DNA from: an uncultured delta proteobacterium
GTDB lineage: Bacteria > Desulfobacterota > Desulfobacteria > Desulfobacterales > JAHEIW01
Direction of reading: 5' to 3'
NCBI GenBank assembly: GCA_963706575.1
Contig: CAVPNL010000010.1
Coordinates: 1-21,788, forward strand
DNA: 21,788 bases
Shown: in pieces, positions 15,862-21,788 of the stretch
Position numbering within the stretch: the stretch's first letter is position 1
Layout of the letters: every line of letters begins with the position of its first letter
Made by a program: the position numbers and the translations under genes
The notes under the pieces: model-generated
Seen by the model: the letters and a program-made list of their open reading frames with translations, nothing else
Databases searched by the model: none
What the model was told of the DNA's origin: nothing

Positions 15862-16404
15862 ATGCGTCTGTATTTAAATCGCTTTTTAGGCGCGGCAATG
15901 CTGGATGTCAAGCTATATCAGGAAGTCGCAGCGGAACCGCGGTTTCTGTATCAGGCCTGGATAACCGTTTTGATATACGCGATGCTGGCCTCCTGGGGAA
16001 GCTTTGGCCGGGCCGGTGCTGTCGGCTCCAATATCGGATTGATAACTACCGTGATCGGATGGTATGTCTGGGCTTTTTCTACCTATTATTGCGCCACCAA
16101 ATGGTTTCGTGAAACATCGGCCGAGGCCGCGCGCGGTGATCGCAAAACCGTTATAAGGGTAATGGGCTTTGCCTGTGCACCGGGGGCAATCCGTCTTCTG
16201 GGACTCTTACCGGGTCTGGGCATTCTGGCTTTAGTGGTGTCTTCAGTCTGGATGATCGCTACCGCTACAGTCGCCGTAAAGGTGGCATTCCATTTTGAAA
16301 GCACCGCGAGGGCCGCCGGAGCCTGCGTCATTGGCTGGATCATCGGCGCGATTACGCAAGGGTTGCTGCTGGTTATGTTGTTTCAAATTTTCGGCGTTTC
16401 TTGA
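15862..16404 (+). CDS. Yip1-family-like membrane protein
   Basis: GGAGAGG RBS before the ATG. About 5 TM segments, with an 'R..GAA.LD...Y.EV' N-terminus and an 'R.MGFA.APG' motif of the kind seen in bacterial Yip1 proteins. Confidence 0.7.
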   Translation: MRLYLNRFLGAAMLDVKLYQEVAAEPRFLYQAWITVLIYAMLASWGSFGRAGAVGSNIGLITTVIGWYVWAFSTYYCATKWFRETSAEAARGDRKTVIRVMGFACAPGAIRLLGLLPGLGILALVVSSVWMIATATVAVKVAFHFESTARAAGACVIGWIIGAITQGLLLVMLFQIFGVS

Positions 16405-16446
16405 TAATCGCCGGCATCCGCCGCATTCCGGTTTTGAGCATTTATT

Positions 16447-16640
16447 TAGAATCTATCTCAAAAATAGGATTTTGGTTCAAGATCGCGGCGGGGCCGAGCT
16501 TTCCAGCGTTGCTGGACTTCCCGCCTGATTAAATCCTCTTTGTGGGTCGTAAACCGGAGGCATACTGTTGTATGTCGAGGATTTAAAGCGAGGCACCAAC
16601 AAAGATATGGGGCCAAAAGACATTTTTGAGATGGGTTCTA
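16447..16640. mobile_element. MITE-like non-autonomous element (194 bp) with 19-bp terminal inverted repeats
   Basis: Left end TAGAATCTATCTCAAAAAT (16447-16465). Right end ATTTTTGAGATGGGTTCTA (16622-16640), whose reverse complement TAGAACCCATCTCAAAAAT matches at 17/19. TA occurs at both extremities, pairing continues inward (TTTTGGTTC / GGGCCAAAA), and no transposase is present. Confidence 0.75.
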
Positions 16641-16682
16641 GTTGCGCCGACAGCATTAATACCAACCCGTAAAATGAGAATT

Positions 16683-17732
16683 ATGCCGCCTGCCGATCCC
16701 TCAAGACTGATATTTGAAAGCCAATCGGTTTCTGCGAAATTTATCGATCCCTGCGGCACCATCGCAGAACGAATCATTGAAATCCGCACCAACCCCGTTA
16801 CCGGGCGTACCTGCCGCATCTCATTTAGCCGGATTGATGAAAAAGAACCCGGAACCGAGTCACTGCCCCAACCGCCGCCGGAGGCGGATAAAACGGCCCA
16901 ATGCCCGTTTTGCAAGCCCCAGGTGAGCTCCCAAACACCTCAGCTGCATCCCGATCTATCGTCCTCAGGGAGGCTGGCTCAGGGAGATTCGCTTCTGTTT
17001 CCCAATTTGTTTCCTTACGGCAGCTATTCCGCCGTCAGCCTTTTCGACAATGCGCACTTTGTTGAAATCGGCAATGCCTCCGCTGCGTCATATACAGACA
17101 GTTTTTTAAATTGCAGCCGCTATCTTGCAAAAATCAAAAATCAGGACCCCGAAGCGATATATATGGCCATCACCCAGAATCATCTCCCTTCCGCCGGCGG
17201 GTCATTACTTCATCCTCATCTGCAGATAAACGCCGACCGGTTGCCGGCCAATCACCAGCGTATTTTGCTGGAACGCGCCAATGATTTTCATCAACAAAAC
17301 GGCAACTGTCTGTTTTCCGACTATCTCGAACATGAAATAACCGATGGGACCCGCTATATTGGGACAACCGGCTTGTGGCAATGGATGGCCGCATTTGCAC
17401 CCGAAGGATTCTTTGAAATATGGGGAATTTTGCCGCAAAAGACCTCATTTCAACAGGTGACGGCATCAGACTGGCAGGACCTTGCGCGAGGCATTCTGAA
17501 TGTGCAGCGGTTTTATCGCAACTTGTGCCGCAACGGATATAATCTGGGCCTGTTGTCAGTTGAAACGCCTTCCAGCCGTCTCGAGTTGCGGATCGTCATC
17601 ATGGTACGATCGAATTACGCCCCCTGGGTACGCAGCGATCACACCGGGTTTGAGGTTATGCTCGGTGATATGACCACCTTCAACCCCCCGGAACAAACAG
17701 CCGAACGCGCACGACCTTTTTTTTCATCGTAA
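16683..17732 (+). CDS. GalT-like (HIT superfamily) sugar-1-phosphate nucleotidyltransferase
   Basis: EIR.NPVTGR, CPFC zinc motif, FPNLFP, and catalytic 'NHLPSAGGSLLHPHLQ'. Start at the ATG at 16674 or 16683. Confidence 0.82.
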   Translation: MPPADPSRLIFESQSVSAKFIDPCGTIAERIIEIRTNPVTGRTCRISFSRIDEKEPGTESLPQPPPEADKTAQCPFCKPQVSSQTPQLHPDLSSSGRLAQGDSLLFPNLFPYGSYSAVSLFDNAHFVEIGNASAASYTDSFLNCSRYLAKIKNQDPEAIYMAITQNHLPSAGGSLLHPHLQINADRLPANHQRILLERANDFHQQNGNCLFSDYLEHEITDGTRYIGTTGLWQWMAAFAPEGFFEIWGILPQKTSFQQVTASDWQDLARGILNVQRFYRNLCRNGYNLGLLSVETPSSRLELRIVIMVRSNYAPWVRSDHTGFEVMLGDMTTFNPPEQTAERARPFFSS

Positions 17733-17751
17733 CAGGATAATGCTGTGTTTC

Positions 17752-17798
17752 TCATGTGATGAACAAGATACTGAACTAAAAAATATCACATGACTTTT
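17752..17798. terminator. Inverted repeat between convergent genes (possible terminator or binding site)
   Basis: TCATGTGAT (17752-17760) / ATCACATGA (17785-17793), a perfect 9-bp IR with a 24-nt spacer, followed by CTTTT. Confidence 0.3.
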
Positions 17799-17849
17799 GC
17801 AACATTTTTGTGGGACATAATGATAGAAGGTGGGTCGATTTTTATGTCT

Positions 17850-19103
17850 TTATGTCGATGAGGCTTCTTCGGGTGTCTCAACTTCTGTTTGACAAACGAT
17901 GTATTCGCGAATCCGATTGCCGTCCATTTCCTTAACGGTAATAAGGAAATGACCGATGGGGATTTCTTCTTTCTCCTGCGGAATTCTGCCAATTTGATCC
18001 AAAACATACCCGGAGAAGGTGTCATATTCCCTGGAATCGGGAATATCCATTTCTATGGTTTCGTTGACTTCGTCAATTTCGGATTTCCCCAGAACCCGCC
18101 ATTCATTGGATCTGGTTTTGACGATATGGGGCTCAACGGTATCGGTCTCATCAATGATCTCTCCGACAATCTCCTCAAGGGCATCTTCCAGTGTGATAAG
18201 GCCGGAAACACCCCCGTGCTCATCAACAATGATGGCCATGTGCTGTTTTCGTTTTTTAAATTGCTGAAGCAAATTATCCAGTTTCTTGTTTTCAGGCACA
18301 AAATACGGCTCGCGCATGATTTTGCGGACATCAATCGCTGAATCGGACGTGGCCTGGTGCTTGAGCAGATCTTTGATGTTTAAAATACCCACCACATGAT
18401 CGATGTCTCCATCGATAACCGGAATTCGCGTAAAACCGGATTTAACGATCTCCTCGAGCTTTAATTCCTGATTCACATCAATGACAAACATGTCCGCCCG
18501 AGGCGCCATGATCTCTGACGCATTGGTATCGTCGAATTCAAATATATTTTCAATCAACTCCTTTTCTTCCTCTTCGATACCCCCCTCTTCTTCAACAACT
18601 TCAACAAACGTCATCAATTCTTCTTCGGTAACAATCCGTTTTTTATGCATCTTTCCGGTCAGCTTGGGGATGAAATTTAAAAATACAATCAGCGGTGTAA
18701 ACAAAAACGAAAGCCAGTATAACGGAAAAATGACCAGGCGTGCGATTAAGATGTTATTGCGCGTGGCAATGGATTTGGGAAAAATTTCACCAAAAATTAA
18801 GATGAGAAAGGTCATGACACCTGTGGTAACCCCGACCGCATGACTTGAATGCAAATCGATCGCGATGGCGGTCGCCATTGCCGATGCACCGACATTGACA
18901 AGGTTATTGCCGATGAGGATCGTTGAAAGCAGCCGGTGGGGGTCAGCTTTCATTTTCCTTATCAGCTTATTGGCGTGCCCTTTTTGTTTGGCAAGATGAA
19001 TTGCTTTGGCTTTGCTGATAGAGAACAGGGCGGTTTCAGCAGAGGAGAAATACCCGGAGAGCAAAAGCAAAATGAACAAAACCACAAATTGATCAAGTTG
19101 CAT
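17850..19103 (-). CDS. CNNM/CorB-CorC (hemolysin-like) Mg2+/Co2+ transport protein: DUF21 + 2xCBS + CorC_HlyC
   Basis: FSSAETALFS, LSTILIGNNLVN, IFGEIFPKSIA, A.EIM.PR.D, SGFTRIPV, HMAIIVDEHGGVSGLITLEDALEEIVGEI.DE.D, YDTFSGY.L...GRIP. Confidence 0.94.
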   Translation of the reverse strand: MQLDQFVVLFILLLLSGYFSSAETALFSISKAKAIHLAKQKGHANKLIRKMKADPHRLLSTILIGNNLVNVGASAMATAIAIDLHSSHAVGVTTGVMTFLILIFGEIFPKSIATRNNILIARLVIFPLYWLSFLFTPLIVFLNFIPKLTGKMHKKRIVTEEELMTFVEVVEEEGGIEEEEKELIENIFEFDDTNASEIMAPRADMFVIDVNQELKLEEIVKSGFTRIPVIDGDIDHVVGILNIKDLLKHQATSDSAIDVRKIMREPYFVPENKKLDNLLQQFKKRKQHMAIIVDEHGGVSGLITLEDALEEIVGEIIDETDTVEPHIVKTRSNEWRVLGKSEIDEVNETIEMDIPDSREYDTFSGYVLDQIGRIPQEKEEIPIGHFLITVKEMDGNRIREYIVCQTEVETPEEASST

Positions 19104-19280
19104 AAAATTCCTTAATTGTGTTTCCTTAAAATGGTTTGCTGATGGTATCCGTTTTTAAGCTTAATGGAAGGCATCTTCAATCATAGAAAAAGCGCTTGGA
19201 TAGATCAGCGGCTTAAGCCTTGCTTTTCTTATAATAATAAACGATTACGGTAAAAAAAGATTTAAACGATCATAATTGGT

Positions 19281-19309
19281 AATATAATGATATAGAATGC
19301 GGCTGTCAA
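19281..19309 (-). promoter_or_regulatory. Near-consensus sigma70 promoter for the CNNM/CorC gene
   Basis: On the minus strand: TTGACA (19309-19304), 17-nt spacer, TATATT (19286-19281). Confidence 0.65.
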
Positions 19310-19337
19310 TTTAAACCGTTTTCCATAATATTGAATA

Positions 19338-20024
19338 TTATGATAGCACGGGGCGGCGGCGCTGCCGCTTGGTGCTGAACCCAATTAAAAAGCCGACGAT
19401 AAGCACTCCCGAGCCGGCCAGAAACCATTTAATGTAAGAGTTCATTTCCAGGCTTGAAACCTGTTCTTCAAGCTGATTTGCCTTGGCAGTCTGTTCGGCT
19501 AATTGGGAAGTGGCATGATTATAATTGGTTTTAAGCGTTAAAAATTCGGCGGCTTCGGCTTTGAGCGTCTCGTAATCGGTTTGTGTTTTTTTCATCTGTT
19601 TTTGACCGGCTTTAAACTCGGTGCTGAACCGCTGATTTTCCGCTTTCAGCCTGTTATTTTCTTCCAATAATTCAGCGGCTTGAATCATCAAATTCTTATG
19701 CTTGGCCTCCAGGCGTTCAAGTTTGATGTTGTTGGTTTCATTGGTGGTTAGATATCTGCTCAGCACCCAGCCTTCCTTGCCATTGGGCAGTTGTACCTGA
19801 GACCATTCATCACCGAATTTAATGATTTCCATCATCTGTCCGGACTCGATCACCGAGATTATTTTGTTTTCGATACTCGGCCCGGTTCTCAACGTCAACT
19901 TCAAAATATCAGAAACATACATGGTTTCTCCATAAACAGAAGCCGAAAATAGACAAAACAGCAGCACCAAACCCAATAATCTGAAACGCTTCAACAAAAA
20001 ATTCATCCCGGAGACCCTTTCCAT
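19338..20024 (-). CDS. SH3-domain protein (TIGR04211/YgiM-like)
   Basis: Signal peptide, 'YVSD....LRTGP....II....SG.....W..V....G.EGWV..RYL' SH3b domain, coiled coil, C-terminal TM 'WFLAGSGVL..GFLIG' and a basic tail. An alternative start exists at 20006. Confidence 0.9.
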   Translation of the reverse strand: MERVSGMNFLLKRFRLLGLVLLFCLFSASVYGETMYVSDILKLTLRTGPSIENKIISVIESGQMMEIIKFGDEWSQVQLPNGKEGWVLSRYLTTNETNNIKLERLEAKHKNLMIQAAELLEENNRLKAENQRFSTEFKAGQKQMKKTQTDYETLKAEAAEFLTLKTNYNHATSQLAEQTAKANQLEEQVSSLEMNSYIKWFLAGSGVLIVGFLIGFSTKRQRRRPVLS

Positions 20025-20182
20025 CTGATTCCTATGATTATGCCCTAAACACGGGCAGTTACGAGTTCTAAGGTGGTTAAGCCATTGCTAAATCAGATTA
20101 ACAATGGATGAATACACGTCTAGGATTTATTCTACAACATTCTGTTAAATTAGTAAATTCTGATTACACGCCTTTAAAAATA

Positions 20183-20212
20183 TTGACAGATGTGTTATTT
20201 TTTAGTTAGTTT
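20183..20212 (+). promoter_or_regulatory. Putative sigma70 promoter for the DUF1178 gene
   Basis: TTGACA (20183-20188), 18-nt spacer, TAGTTT (20207-20212), in an AT-rich divergent intergenic region. Confidence 0.4.
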
Positions 20213-20267
20213 TCATCTTTCAATCGAATATTATTGATTTTTTTTCAAATAACAGTGGTGTCCCTCA

Positions 20268-20686
20268 ATGATAGCATATGATTTACAATGTGTTAACGGC
20301 CATGCGTTCGAAGGCTGGTTTGAAGACAGTGAGGCCTATCAGGCCCAGAAAAAAAGAAATTGATTGCCTGCCCGGCCTGCGATACGACCCAGGTGTCCAG
20401 AATTCCGTCCACCTTTGCGATCAAATCCTCCCCGATCCCTAAAATGGGTTCCTTGGAGGAGCAAAATCTGAAACAGGTTGGCAAAGAAATTGTTGATTTT
20501 GTAGAGAAAAATTTCGATGATGTCGGATGTGATTTTGCCAAAGAAGCCCTGAAAATCCATTACGGGGTCGAGGAGCCGCGAAATATCCGCGGCGTCAGTA
20601 CCAAAGAAGAAGAAAAAATGCTAAAAGAAGAGGGTATTGACTTTCTTAAAATTCCCATGCCGGCACCTCCGGATACCGACGCTTAA
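20268..20686 (+). pseudogene. DUF1178-family zinc-ribbon protein, frameshifted at an A7 tract
   Basis: The ATG at 20268 gives MIAYDLQCVNGHAFEGWFEDSEAYQAQKKRN* (TGA 20361-20363). The -1 frame continues LIACPACDT...NFDDVGCDFAKEALKIHYG...RNIRG......L.EEGI. One extra A in 20349-20355 would restore a full DUF1178 ORF. Confidence 0.82.
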
Positions 20687-20751
20687 TTCCTTCCAATAAT
20701 CTTTAAAAAATACCTCTTTAGATGTGCCCTGCAATAAGTTGTAAAATGATT

Positions 20752-20839
20752 GTCACTCCCGCTCAGAGCCTGCCCCCGTGTAGATGGGGGCGGGAGCTCA
20801 GTTCAAAGACGCCTGGATTCCCGCCTGCACGGGAATGAC
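20752..20839. repeat. REP/REPIN-like inverted palindrome pair
   Basis: GTCACTCCCGC...GCGGGAGC followed by CTGGATTCCCGCCTGCACGGGAATGAC. The outer ends GTCACTCCCG / CGGGAATGAC are inverted (9/10), and each arm has its own hairpin. Confidence 0.75.
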
Positions 20840-20934
20840 GGATGGACAACACGCCTTAATACTTAATAATATTTTCAGACAATATTTCTGGGTCACGATA
20901 CTGGGTTGTCCCCCAAAAAGCTAAAAGGCCGCTT

Positions 20935-21786
20935 TTAACCTATCGCTCGGGCTGCGGCTTCAGCAAGCTCGAGTACATAACGCGGGAAAATGCCAACAAC
21001 CACCATAACAACGATCAAGGCAATCGTAAGTATTTTTGCCGCAGGAGACAACTTTATCTCGGATACGGCGAATTTCGGCTTCAGCAGGTACGCCGCTTTT
21101 AAAACCAGCAGATAGTAATAAAGGGAAATCACCACATTAATCATGGCAATCAGCACCAGGGTGAAATAACCCTGCTCCATAGCGGCCAGGAAGACTAAAA
21201 GTTTTCCGGTGAATCCAATGGTCGGCGGGATACCGGCAAGGCTGAAAATAGAAACCATCAATGCCATCGCCAGCAGCGGAGAGCGATGATACAAACCGGC
21301 CAGTTGATCAATCTGCAAGTTGCGGTCATCATCAGCCACTTTTACCACCACCAGAAATGCGGTGAATTTCATCACCAATAACGCCAGGGCGTAAAAAATA
21401 ACCCCGCTGTAGCCGGGTGTGCTCATACTCAATATGCCGATCAAAACATAACCGGCATGGGCGATGGTCGAATAGGCCAGCAGGCGTTTGATGTCTTTTT
21501 GAACGATAGCCGCCAGGTTGCCCAGAGTCATTGAAACGATGGACAGCGCCACCAGAATGTGCACCAGATAATTGCCGGCCGTAGCGTTGCCGGTTAACGC
21601 AACCATTCGTATCAATAGCGCCATGGCGGCCACTTTGGAAGCCGTGGCAATATAAGCGGTAACCTGATTGGCCGCCCCCTGGTAGACATCCGGCGCCCAG
21701 AAATGGAAAGGAAAGACGGCGAGTTTAAAAAAGAAACCGCCGAGGGTCAGCAGCAGCCCGATGACAACAGCGGGTTTATCGATTAC
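20935..21786 (-). CDS. nuoN: NADH-quinone oxidoreductase subunit N (3' part; start lies beyond the window)
   Basis: The frame stays open to the window edge. Motifs: [76 protein letters not shown]. Confidence 0.93.
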   Translation of the reverse strand, partial: VIDKPAVVIGLLLTLGGFFFKLAVFPFHFWAPDVYQGAANQVTAYIATASKVAAMALLIRMVALTGNATAGNYLVHILVALSIVSMTLGNLAAIVQKDIKRLLAYSTIAHAGYVLIGILSMSTPGYSGVIFYALALLVMKFTAFLVVVKVADDDRNLQIDQLAGLYHRSPLLAMALMVSIFSLAGIPPTIGFTGKLLVFLAAMEQGYFTLVLIAMINVVISLYYYLLVLKAAYLLKPKFAVSEIKLSPAAKILTIALIVVMVVVGIFPRYVLELAEAAARAIG

Positions 21787-21788
21787 CT

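Noticed and set aside
16447..16640. Possible 6S RNA, SRP RNA, tRNA or riboswitch
   Set aside because: The size is 6S-like, but I see no central bubble or known conserved motifs. Sharp TA-bounded TIRs favour a MITE, though an Rfam scan was not run.
16477..16665. 62-aa minus-strand ORF across the MITE (possible transposase remnant or peptide)
   Set aside because: No DDE or HUH motif and no RBS. It crosses the element boundary and is most likely a chance ORF.
16626..16673. TTG start for the GalT-like ORF
   Set aside because: Lies inside the right TIR of the MITE-like element. The downstream ATGs are more plausible.
20091..20165. Imperfect long hairpin (AATCAGA-TTAACA...TGTTAA...TCTGATT) in the SH3/DUF1178 intergenic region
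   Set aside because: Very AT-rich with many bulges, so it is compatible with chance. There is no other support for an sRNA.
20361..20363. In-frame TGA in DUF1178 as selenocysteine or readthrough
   Set aside because: The conserved downstream sequence is in the -1 frame, so readthrough would not restore the protein.
673..20560. The many 60-196 aa ORFs overlapping the main genes on the opposite strand or in alternate frames
   Set aside because: All overlap well-supported CDSs and none shows a recognisable domain, as expected at this GC content.
1..21788. CRISPR arrays, tRNA/rRNA, integrases, phage, defence or toxin-antitoxin genes
   Set aside because: No regularly spaced direct repeats, cloverleaf motifs or matching protein signatures were seen.

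Overview
A gene-dense bacterial chromosomal window with mostly housekeeping and envelope genes. Gene content suggests a sulfate-reducing Desulfobacterales-like deltaproteobacterium, but this is inference only. In order it holds: a YbhG/YbhF/YbhS/YbhR-like ABC-2 exporter operon with two separate ATPases (minus strand, truncated at the left edge); EF-P lysine aminoacylase epmA; a secreted hypothetical protein behind an mscS; a divergent SLC12-type cation-chloride cotransporter with an Ala/Lys/Glu-rich coiled-coil tail; a 1048-aa DUF748/AsmA-like protein with internal tandem repeats and an OmpA-like C-terminus; a LapA-like protein; a Cache-HAMP-SpoIIE phosphatase; a Yip1-like membrane protein; a 194-bp MITE-like element; an orphan GalT-like nucleotidyltransferase; a CNNM/CorC protein; an SH3 protein; a DUF1178 gene frameshifted at an A7 tract; a REP-like palindrome pair; and the 3' part of nuoN. 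I saw no CRISPR array, rRNA, tRNA, phage gene or defence system. The best leads are the NKCC-like transporter/MscS locus, the repeat-expanded putative lipid-bridge protein next to lapA, the structured MITE and the DUF1178 frameshift. All family assignments come from motif recognition, not from database searches.
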